Positions 1 through 8,039 of a DNA stretch of 54,482 nt are shown here, piece after piece. The notes under the pieces are model-generated. The model worked only from the letters and a program-made list of their open reading frames with translations. It ran no database searches and was not told the origin of the DNA. This DNA is from a virus. Lineage: Duplodnaviria > Caudoviricetes. The stretch spans positions 1 through 54,482 of the IMG/VR virus record IMGVR_UViG_3300025066_000035; one strand, written 5' to 3'. The first letter of the stretch is position 1; every line of letters starts with the position of its first letter. The translations under genes and the position numbers were made by a program.

Positions 1-213
1 AAGAGGCTCTTCTTCAATGCTTTCAACTCTATCTTCTAGGGAGGCCAAGGTGGTTTTGGCGTCAGCAAGTTCCGTGCTCAAGATCGTCAGTAGTTGGTGT
101 ACCTGAGCCATCGTCACGTAATGCTCCGACGCTACGAACGCATCGTTCAAACTTTGCTCAAGCTTAGTTAGACGCGCTAGAAGTCTGTTGTATTGTTCTG
201 TGCTTACAGCCAT
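1..213 (-). CDS. Hypothetical coiled-coil protein, partial (runs off the window edge)
   Basis: Not in the ORF track. ATG at 213-211, 2 nt after the stop of the upstream gene. Open to position 1: MAVSTEQYNRLLARLTKLEQSLNDAFVASEHYVTMAQVHQLLTILSTELADAKTTLASLEDRVESIEEEPL, with heptad-like Leu spacing. Confidence 0.75.
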   Translation of the reverse strand, partial: MAVSTEQYNRLLARLTKLEQSLNDAFVASEHYVTMAQVHQLLTILSTELADAKTTLASLEDRVESIEEEPL

Positions 214-215
214 GA

Positions 216-971
216 TTACTCCCGGACTTTGCTCAGTATATCATTCTGCTTCTGCAGTCGGCTATTCCAAACTTCTTGAACCACAGGGCGTCGGCGCTCT
301 ACGAGGAGCGCCAGGTCCTCGTACTCACTAGTTGTTCTCATCTTCAATCTCTCTTCCCTCAGCTTAACAAACTTGGTGTTAATGTAGTTCACTTTGTTGG
401 GTCTTAGACCCAACGCATCCAATGAGGCCCAGAGGGCCTCTGGCTGGCTCGTGACATCATCGAAGTCTACTACCTGGTGTGCAACTGAAGAGAGCTCCAG
501 GTGGGCCCAGAGGAGTCCGTCGGCTAGTTCCTGCTTCATCGTCTCTACCAATGTCTTATCAGCTGAACTGATTGCTTTATAGCTAGGAGGGACGAAGTCA
601 AAGAGGAGTTCGCGCGGCAGCAAACCAAGCTCCCACTTGAAGGCTTGTCTGTGAATACGCAAGTACAGCAAGTCTTCGACAGGGCGTCGCATAAACAGCA
701 AGTGAAAGTCATTCACCAGGTGCTTCATGACACCTGGTGCTAGGACATCTTTAGCCAAGTGCCCGAGGGAGTACTGACGGAAGTGGCTGACAACTGCCTC
801 AACATCCTGGTGGCCATAAAGAGTTTCTAGCGCATCAGGCAGCAGACTAAAAATCTCACCATGACGAGCAACTCGATTAGCTGTCTTGTACCAAGGTAAA
901 GACCTGCGTACGATCTTGTACAGTGGTGTACTGAAGCTCTTAGGCAGGCTGGTGACCATCACGGACTTCAC
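216..971 (-). CDS. Divergent sulfotransferase-like (PAPS-binding P-loop) protein
   Basis: N-terminal VMVTSLPKSFSTPL resembles the 5'-PSB loop (PKSGT/ST), and FMRRPVED resembles the 3'-PB RxPxD strand. GTGA overlap with the upstream gene. Confidence 0.55.
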   Translation of the reverse strand: MKSVMVTSLPKSFSTPLYKIVRRSLPWYKTANRVARHGEIFSLLPDALETLYGHQDVEAVVSHFRQYSLGHLAKDVLAPGVMKHLVNDFHLLFMRRPVEDLLYLRIHRQAFKWELGLLPRELLFDFVPPSYKAISSADKTLVETMKQELADGLLWAHLELSSVAHQVVDFDDVTSQPEALWASLDALGLRPNKVNYINTKFVKLREERLKMRTTSEYEDLALLVERRRPVVQEVWNSRLQKQNDILSKVRE

Positions 972-2035
972 ATGTGTTTCCTGAGAAGGTTAACGTACTT
1001 CCGCTCAGCTCTTCGCACCACTGCAGGGTCAGCAGGCTCAAGCGACATTGTCGCCTCACACCAGGCTTCAAACTCTGCGCCATGCAAAGCCAGCACGTCA
1101 GGAAACCTACTGTAGCCAATCTGAGGAAACTGTTGGACTGCAGTTCCCCTCGAATCAATCCCAATCATCTGTACCTTAGTGTTGCCAATACCATAAGAAG
1201 GAAGCGCCCCATGAAGACGGCAACTAACTACCAGCTCACACTGAGCATACAGCTGCAGCACTGAGTGACTGTCATTGCTGAAGTACAGATCTTCCTTTGG
1301 AATCTCACCTGATAGCAGCAAGTACTCCTTGAGACCATGACATACCACAACCACGTTCTTCCCCATCCTCTTGTATACCAAGTACAGACGTTTCATCAGG
1401 TTCCGAGGAGCATGAGCTCTCCCAGCATCATCAACAGCACCAGCGGCTTCATGAGAGATATGGTGCGCGCTGGGCGCTACCAACGCTACCAGGTCGTCAC
1501 TCTTCTTTTTGATACCTCTCTTCTTCGTAGCCCACGTAGCAGTGCAAGGCATGAGCTGATGCTCCATGTGCATGCTGTTTAGTAGCGCAGAAGCATGAGG
1601 GTCTCTGACAGTAGTCAGTACACTGTGATTGTCTCGGATCTTAAGGATCCGTCGAGTCTTGTGCGACCCCATACAGTACTCAGCAAACCTCTCAGGGGTG
1701 ATAGTAGGACTAGGATGCCCACTGCCGCCCGCTAGGGCGTAGGCCTGCAGACCCCACTTGGCTACATAGCTGGTCCAGACATTCTCATCATACCAGAAAC
1801 TCCAATCATCCAAATTATTGTATTGAGGTGTACCGGCGATGACCAGCTTGCCTGATTCTCGGATGAGGCGTTCAAACTTCTTGAAGTCCTTGCCGTTGTT
1901 GAATTTGTCCAACAGCAGCCAGTCAACACGCTCTCCAGCCGCCTTTTCCCACAGGTACTGCAGGCCGATAGCAATATACGAATCGCCAATATTGCCACTA
2001 TTAAAATCACGTCGGGTAAGAGTAGGAACTAGCAT
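968..2035 (-). CDS. Polysaccharide pyruvyl transferase family protein
   Basis: Family motifs GNIGD near the N-terminus, TVRDPHA, and SCRLHGAL. 355 aa. Confidence 0.8.
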   Translation of the reverse strand: MLVPTLTRRDFNSGNIGDSYIAIGLQYLWEKAAGERVDWLLLDKFNNGKDFKKFERLIRESGKLVIAGTPQYNNLDDWSFWYDENVWTSYVAKWGLQAYALAGGSGHPSPTITPERFAEYCMGSHKTRRILKIRDNHSVLTTVRDPHASALLNSMHMEHQLMPCTATWATKKRGIKKKSDDLVALVAPSAHHISHEAAGAVDDAGRAHAPRNLMKRLYLVYKRMGKNVVVVCHGLKEYLLLSGEIPKEDLYFSNDSHSVLQLYAQCELVVSCRLHGALPSYGIGNTKVQMIGIDSRGTAVQQFPQIGYSRFPDVLALHGAEFEAWCEATMSLEPADPAVVRRAERKYVNLLRKHM

Positions 2036-2565
2036 TACTTGTACGCCTCCACGGTGAGAGTACTGTCGTCAGACAACAGGTCCACATGACCGAACCCTGC
2101 CTCAAGCAAAAGCGACCGCAGCACATGCGCATCGTATGCAGCCAAGTGTACGTCACCATTGGCTGTGCTACTAAAGAGCTTGAAGTTAGCCCACATCGTA
2201 TGACTGTAGAAGTTCTGTACCTTCAGATGCTTTCGCTCATCTTTGTGCAAGTTCTTAGAGTCAGCCTGCCACTCGCTACCGTTCTTCAGATACGCTTCGC
2301 AAATCCACCGGAGGTTTGGGCATTCAATATGAAGCTTGCCGCCAGGCTTGAGTACACGGTGCCACTCTTTGAGCGTGGCCTTGATGGTACGCCAGCTAGC
2401 ATGTTCAATGCTATGGACACTAAGCAACTCATCAAAAGTATTCGCCTTCACAGGAATCTTGTCAAACGAGCAGCAGTACTGCAGGTCTGGGCATGCTGGA
2501 TCAATGTCCAGGTGTTCGTATCCAGGTCGTGGCCTGTTGCCAGACCCAAGCTCTAGCTTTCTCAT
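2035..2565 (-). CDS. Class I SAM-dependent methyltransferase
   Basis: Motif I LELGSG, then HLDID, HSIEH and EWHRVLKPGG, as in the small methyltransferases of glycan loci. Confidence 0.9.
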   Translation of the reverse strand: MRKLELGSGNRPRPGYEHLDIDPACPDLQYCCSFDKIPVKANTFDELLSVHSIEHASWRTIKATLKEWHRVLKPGGKLHIECPNLRWICEAYLKNGSEWQADSKNLHKDERKHLKVQNFYSHTMWANFKLFSSTANGDVHLAAYDAHVLRSLLLEAGFGHVDLLSDDSTLTVEAYK

Positions 2566-3146
2566 GTAGGTTCTCCGAACTCGTAGCCGTACCGGCTAAT
2601 GTCCTCACTGTATGTCGACCCAATCAACTCAACTGTATCTGCGTTGTAGTAAGCAGAGTAGTGCTGATGTTTAGTGGCATTCAGGTGAGGTAGCTTAACG
2701 CCTGCCACTCCTAGGTGCTGGCAAACTATGTCAAAATCTCTATGAAGGTGCTCAAACCGCCCAACAAAATCAGCTCCGTCAGCCCAGCTGGTAGCTGGAG
2801 CCATAAAGTCAACAGCATTGTGTGGCTGGCGCCAGGGAATTTGCTTGAAACCATCTCTCAACCCCATGACCAGCTTTTCAAAAGGTAGGTCTTGGGGAAT
2901 CAGCTTCAATCGCACCACGTGATGATAGTAGCTAACCCATCGATCCCATGGGTTACGCACAAAAGCAAAACTCCAAAGGTCAGACTTGACTTCATCTGGA
3001 AAAGCATGCTGGTAATTGATTCTGTATCCACGCTTGTTGTGAAGCAGCTCCCCACCGGGTCGCCCTCCATACAGTGCGACCTCAATGCTAGACCCAGCGG
3101 TCTTGGGTACATGGTAGAAGAAGGCTTTCAAGTTCTTGAACACCAT
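2562..3146 (-). CDS. Sulfotransferase family 2 (carbohydrate sulfotransferase-like) protein
   Basis: FYHVPKTAGSSI (5'-PSB), FAFVRNPWDRWVSYY (3'-PB), DFVGRFEHL, LPHLN. Confidence 0.9.
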   Translation of the reverse strand: MVFKNLKAFFYHVPKTAGSSIEVALYGGRPGGELLHNKRGYRINYQHAFPDEVKSDLWSFAFVRNPWDRWVSYYHHVVRLKLIPQDLPFEKLVMGLRDGFKQIPWRQPHNAVDFMAPATSWADGADFVGRFEHLHRDFDIVCQHLGVAGVKLPHLNATKHQHYSAYYNADTVELIGSTYSEDISRYGYEFGEPT

Positions 3147-4156
3147 TACTCCCCCAGTTTCTTCTTGAGCTTTCTGTACACAAGCGCAACATCAAGCTCC
3201 TTCATGCACTTTGTATTGATCGGGCAAGCTTTGTACCAGCAGCCCAGGCAACTAAGACCAGACAGCGTGATGGCCTCATGCGATGAATAGTAATTGATGC
3301 GAGACAATGGGGGAACGGATCCAAACAGCACCAGCGATTTTGTATTGACAGCACCAGCGATATGCATCGGTCCGCTGTCAGGACCGATGAACAAATCCGC
3401 TTCAGAAATCAAAGCTGCCATCTGCCGCACATCAGTAGCTGATACATTAAGCACATTAGCATGAGCGGCCCAGGAGCTGTACTTCTTGTTGAAGTCCAAG
3501 ACTGCGAACTGCACTGGCAGATCTTTCGAAAGCGTGATGAGTTCGATGTACTTTTCAATAGGCCAGCAGCGCTTGTCTTCCATGGAGGCGGTATGAAGTA
3601 CCACAATGGTTTTGCCTGCAGAACGATAGGGGGCGTACCTCGCAGCTGCCCAACGCTGTTCAGACTCTTCGACTTGGTACCAGCTTCGTCGATCGCTGAT
3701 GCGACGAAGACCCATAGCTCTTCCGAACAGATCAACACGATTGATTGCAGGGAGCTCTGCGCGCTCAAACCTCAGACACACGGCGCTAACATCTACTGTG
3801 GCGTCGTAGGAACCATGCTCCACATAGCGAGCATCAACTAGCTCATCAACGAATGGGCAGTTTTTCATCAGCTCGTAGTAGATGTTCGTTCCAGTTGAAT
3901 GCATGTCCAGAGCGTATGTGAGGTGTAGCCGTGGGAAATCTTTCTTCAATTGACGAAGTGCGGGCGTAACCATAAGGACGTCCCCAATTCCTCCAACCTT
4001 TCTGATCACGCACACGCGAGCTTGTCCAGCTTTAGAGACAATCGTCTCGTAAAACGAACCAGGGCTTCTCCTGTGTGTCGCTACAGGAGAGCCCCGGAGG
4101 GCCTTCTGAGGCGATTTCTTTTGAAGCAAGGCCTGTCTAGTGACCTGGCGACGCAT
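3146..4156 (-). CDS. Glycosyltransferase family 9 (heptosyltransferase-like, GT-B fold)
   Basis: GGIGDVLMVTPALRQLKKDFP, KRCWPIEKY, FIGPDSGPMHIAGA and VLFG motifs, plus a C-terminal CxxCx4Cx5C cluster. Confidence 0.92.
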   Translation of the reverse strand: MRRQVTRQALLQKKSPQKALRGSPVATHRRSPGSFYETIVSKAGQARVCVIRKVGGIGDVLMVTPALRQLKKDFPRLHLTYALDMHSTGTNIYYELMKNCPFVDELVDARYVEHGSYDATVDVSAVCLRFERAELPAINRVDLFGRAMGLRRISDRRSWYQVEESEQRWAAARYAPYRSAGKTIVVLHTASMEDKRCWPIEKYIELITLSKDLPVQFAVLDFNKKYSSWAAHANVLNVSATDVRQMAALISEADLFIGPDSGPMHIAGAVNTKSLVLFGSVPPLSRINYYSSHEAITLSGLSCLGCWYKACPINTKCMKELDVALVYRKLKKKLGE

Positions 4157-6033
4157 TACCGATACCAGATCACGTGCAAGGCTACCAGCCCAACATCATC
4201 ATCCCAGTCATCTGAGGCATGCCCCACGTTTCTCTCTAGCTTGAGATTCAGGATTCCTAGACCGGGCGCACCCAGGTTCTCAACTGGCCACTCGAACACG
4301 ATAAGGTTGTCAACGTTTGCTCCACTTAGGCCCGTATTGGTCACTGTGACTGCCAGTTGCCATCCAGGATCAATCAAGGCCTTGTCTGGGATAGTGTTCT
4401 TGGAGACATTGTCTGACATTTGAATATCAAACACAACGCCTGTGCCGCCAGGATATCCACCACCGTTTGGCTTAAGCAAGAAGTGACCGATGATCTTGAC
4501 GCGAGAAGGCTTGTTGCCTGCTTCATCCACAGGGATAGGTACAGATGTGTACGCTGTCTCTGTTGTGCCAGAATCATAGTCCAAGGTCTCCACAACAAAG
4601 TCTGTCATCTCCTCGGTAACCAGTGTTGGCTTATTCCCAGCGAAAGTGTGCCAGTCTGCTGGACGGACAACCGTGTGCCCTACCTCTAGTTCCTTGACGA
4701 TGCCATCTCGGGTAATCTGTGCATTGGACTTGCCAGGGTTAGAACTACGATAGTGCAGCTCGGTATCGGCCGAAGTTGCATCGGGCCGAGTATTGACTCG
4801 GCCTTCGCCACCAACAGCACCAGGGTCAGCTCCAGACACCTTAAGCCCCATCCACATACCAGCTTCAAGATCCAAGCCAGTATCTCGAAGGACTCCGACA
4901 AGAGCATTTCCTGTGTCTCTCCACTCAAGCAAAGTTGCCAGAGGGCTGCTGCCATCATCCTTGATTACGACGCGACCTTGTGAAGCCAGTAGCTGCAATG
5001 CTCCAGCCACGCCAGCGCCTCCAGCATCGTATGCATCTTGCAGCGTGCCGCTGACGCCAGCAAAGGCGTCATCAATACCCTTCAGATGGGCAGTAAGATG
5101 GGCAGCAACATTCGCGATGGGCACCGTAGTTCTGGTGTAGTTGGTTGGAACGTAATCGATGTCCAGGTGGTCGCCATCTAGCTCATCGGCTCCGGCACTC
5201 TCATGTCGTGCAGCGTGTGCTCCGAGCTGGGTGTCTAGCTCAGCAATGGCACGCTCCAAACTCCAGCCATTGGTGATGAACGCATTGGGGGACCAAGCGC
5301 TATAGCCAGGGGTCTCAGGGCCGCTGGTCGCCATACCGATGAACTGTCTGATGTAACTGAGGTCAGTCGGCAAGCCAGTAATGGTGCTTTGGGGCAGCGT
5401 GGTGTCAATAGTCACCTGGCTGAGAAGTACAGTCAGCGACAAGGCGGGATAGGTACTGGTATACGAATTGCCAGTACCAGGAAAACCAGCGAAGAACGAA
5501 CCAATTGATTCAATCGCCTGGCTCAAACTGTAGGTCAGGTCAGGCTCACCATCACCATCAAGGGTGTAGTTCAGACCCATAGTGTCCTTAGCTAGCTGAA
5601 GAAGGTCCAGGCCGTTGACCGCAATTAGTCCTCGCAGTTCAGTGTCATCATACTCATCAGAATCCAATGCAGCCTGCAACTCGTTTTCTAGTCGAGCGAT
5701 CTCAGCAAGGAGAACATCAATCGTCTCCTTAATGGTACGAGCTCTAGCTAGGTCTGAGCTGTAGTAAGCATCAGCATCAGCTTCTGTGGCAGTGACATGA
5801 GTGAAGATGGTGTTGCCTGCCAAGCCCAGATCCAAGGCATTGGCTCCGTCTTCGCTGCTAAGTGTCCTGACTAGTTCGCGGTACACCACGTTTAGCTGAT
5901 AGACGATTGAGGCCAAGTCCTTTCGAACATTGGCACTGAATGATGCGCGCTCGGCCTCGGTGCGCATGCGTCCGGTGTTTGTACCGGAGCGCTGCACCAG
6001 GCTCTGAAGTTCATCGTTAAGCTTGTTAGCCAT
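4156..6033 (-). CDS. Putative tail fibre / virion fibre protein
   Basis: N-terminal helical/coiled-coil region, fibre-type HAARHESAGADEL and TLQDAYDAG motifs, beta-rich C-terminal domain; located after the baseplate genes. Confidence 0.6.
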   Translation of the reverse strand: MANKLNDELQSLVQRSGTNTGRMRTEAERASFSANVRKDLASIVYQLNVVYRELVRTLSSEDGANALDLGLAGNTIFTHVTATEADADAYYSSDLARARTIKETIDVLLAEIARLENELQAALDSDEYDDTELRGLIAVNGLDLLQLAKDTMGLNYTLDGDGEPDLTYSLSQAIESIGSFFAGFPGTGNSYTSTYPALSLTVLLSQVTIDTTLPQSTITGLPTDLSYIRQFIGMATSGPETPGYSAWSPNAFITNGWSLERAIAELDTQLGAHAARHESAGADELDGDHLDIDYVPTNYTRTTVPIANVAAHLTAHLKGIDDAFAGVSGTLQDAYDAGGAGVAGALQLLASQGRVVIKDDGSSPLATLLEWRDTGNALVGVLRDTGLDLEAGMWMGLKVSGADPGAVGGEGRVNTRPDATSADTELHYRSSNPGKSNAQITRDGIVKELEVGHTVVRPADWHTFAGNKPTLVTEEMTDFVVETLDYDSGTTETAYTSVPIPVDEAGNKPSRVKIIGHFLLKPNGGGYPGGTGVVFDIQMSDNVSKNTIPDKALIDPGWQLAVTVTNTGLSGANVDNLIVFEWPVENLGAPGLGILNLKLERNVGHASDDWDDDVGLVALHVIWYR

Positions 6034-8039
6034 TAAATCACTCTCACATTAAAGGAATCGATCCGAGGGGTTTTACCGGTATCTGAAGTCCCCAGGAGAG
6101 CCTTCACGTACAACTTGTTTGTTGTTGCAGACTGCACGGCCCAGTCTGCACTGAAAATTTCTTGCTGCCAAGAGGCGTCAGTCTTGTCAACCTTCACCTT
6201 AATGTACCAGTTTCCATCCACATCTTCAATAGTGAACATTCTGAAGAACTGGGGGTCTCCCTTTTCAGCAAAGGCAAACTCTTCTGGAGAGCGATATACC
6301 ATCAGGTCTCCAAAGATTTCACTGGCGCCTTGGTAGACGCGATCGCCAACAAAGCTATCAGAGTACGGAAACCCTTCTGCCAAGTACTTGTGATTGTAAG
6401 GGTAAAGAGGATCGGCCGCTTCGAGCGCTTCAACAGAAGCAAGACTAGTATCCAGCTCGATCCAGTTGGCATCGGAGGTAGCAAGCGTGCTATATCCTTG
6501 AGGGATATAAACCTGCCCACTAACGAGAGAACCATTGACGTAAGCGCTAGAGTCACCCAAGTCCAAGAAGCGCCCATCCGGACTCTCCACGTACATGGTT
6601 GTGCTGTACTGCTGGGTCATCTCATCGAAGGACCATCCAGGCACAGCGCCCAGCAACGTCGCAGGGGCACCGCCGACTACAACATTTCTCTTCACAGACA
6701 CGCTCTGTAGTGGGACGAGATCCACGTAAGAACTGTCGATATACGTGTTGATTACTCCGTCAGTCTGAAAGTCCAAGTCTTTCATTGTACTGACATTGTC
6801 CAACACTACCCCGGTTGCAAGAGACTCATCGATGAAAGCGCTAGCTTGTGTAGCGCTTCCATCGGAGAACGATACGTAATTTCCGGCGTCACCATCATGA
6901 GAGACACCCGACCAGTTTACGCCATCCTGAGAAAGGTAGAAAGAAACTGAAGTGTCCTCTGGTTCGCAAGTACAAGCACTAAGGGTAGCCTTAGTGAAGT
7001 ACACAGAATTACCCTGGTCATCCTTTACCTCATAGGGTCCGCAGACGAGGGAGCTGCGTTGGCTAGACTTATACGAATCCGCATAAATCTTGAGGGAGTC
7101 TAGTGAAAATACATACATGTAGCGATTGCGACTACTGGTGTTTGAGTCAGCTGCATCCTTGCTGAAGGTGAACTGAATCTTCTTGACCTTGTCTAGGCCA
7201 AGCTGGAATGCCATTTCTGCTGTGGCAACGCGCTCAACAGCAAGAGAAGTGAAGGCTTGACCGTCAAGGCTATAGAAACAGCTGACAGTCATCTTCTTGT
7301 TTACGCTGATGGGGAGCCCACTAAGACGAATGTCTCCGACATACGTCTCTTCTGGAAGTTCCAAGGAAAGCACAAGAGTAACTCTACCTTGCTGGTCCTG
7401 AGTGTACACGACATACTCCCAGAGCGAACCATCATCGTCCTTCAAGCTGGCGACAGGACTACTAGCAGACTTGCCCACAATGTTTGCCTGGCCGGCAACA
7501 GTAGTGGAAATCTTGAGGTGGTCAAGATCCAAGGCGGTATACCCTTGTCGACCAAGAGTGACATAACTACTCTCAACCTGCGCGTCAGAGAGAACCTGGT
7601 TGACAGCCTCTTGGGTGTCGAAGGTTTCCTCTACGCCTGTAACGAACGCATCAGCAGTGCCATTGAGCAGAAGTAGGTTGTCCAAGCGAGACTCAGTCTG
7701 ATTCAGCAAGCGTCCAATGCGCTTGCTGGTAGCGTAGAAGCCACGATGCGAGTCTTCAAGAAGCAACAGGAGTTCATCCAGTCGGGTGCTAAGCGTTGTC
7801 AGGTCATCGTAAACAGCAGTTCGGTTGGTGTTCTCGATCTCAACGCTTGAGACGTCCTTGTACTTGGGTCGCTTTAGGTCGAAGCCTACGATACCAACTT
7901 CATCAACAGTTGGGTACGCGGCTTCTTCAGCAGCGATTAGGTTTCTTAGCTCAGCATCAGAAGGGGAGCGCTGATGATCCTTCACGAATCGTTGCACGGC
8001 CCTTCTGCGCAAAGTGTTCTTGTACGGAGTGCTTGGCAT
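6033..8039 (-). CDS. Virion structural protein (peripheral baseplate/fibre; paralogue 3)
   Basis: Coiled-coil N-terminus, discoidin-like beta-sandwich region (LKDDDGSLWEY), ends TPRIDSFNVRVI; translationally coupled to its neighbours. Confidence 0.6.
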   Translation of the reverse strand: MPSTPYKNTLRRRAVQRFVKDHQRSPSDAELRNLIAAEEAAYPTVDEVGIVGFDLKRPKYKDVSSVEIENTNRTAVYDDLTTLSTRLDELLLLLEDSHRGFYATSKRIGRLLNQTESRLDNLLLLNGTADAFVTGVEETFDTQEAVNQVLSDAQVESSYVTLGRQGYTALDLDHLKISTTVAGQANIVGKSASSPVASLKDDDGSLWEYVVYTQDQQGRVTLVLSLELPEETYVGDIRLSGLPISVNKKMTVSCFYSLDGQAFTSLAVERVATAEMAFQLGLDKVKKIQFTFSKDAADSNTSSRNRYMYVFSLDSLKIYADSYKSSQRSSLVCGPYEVKDDQGNSVYFTKATLSACTCEPEDTSVSFYLSQDGVNWSGVSHDGDAGNYVSFSDGSATQASAFIDESLATGVVLDNVSTMKDLDFQTDGVINTYIDSSYVDLVPLQSVSVKRNVVVGGAPATLLGAVPGWSFDEMTQQYSTTMYVESPDGRFLDLGDSSAYVNGSLVSGQVYIPQGYSTLATSDANWIELDTSLASVEALEAADPLYPYNHKYLAEGFPYSDSFVGDRVYQGASEIFGDLMVYRSPEEFAFAEKGDPQFFRMFTIEDVDGNWYIKVKVDKTDASWQQEIFSADWAVQSATTNKLYVKALLGTSDTGKTPRIDSFNVRVI

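Noticed and set aside
3146-4156. Host LPS biosynthesis locus (waa/rfa) flanking a prophage
   Set aside because: The genes overlap the phage fibre gene and each other on the same strand with no visible boundary or att-like site, and no other LPS core genes are present.
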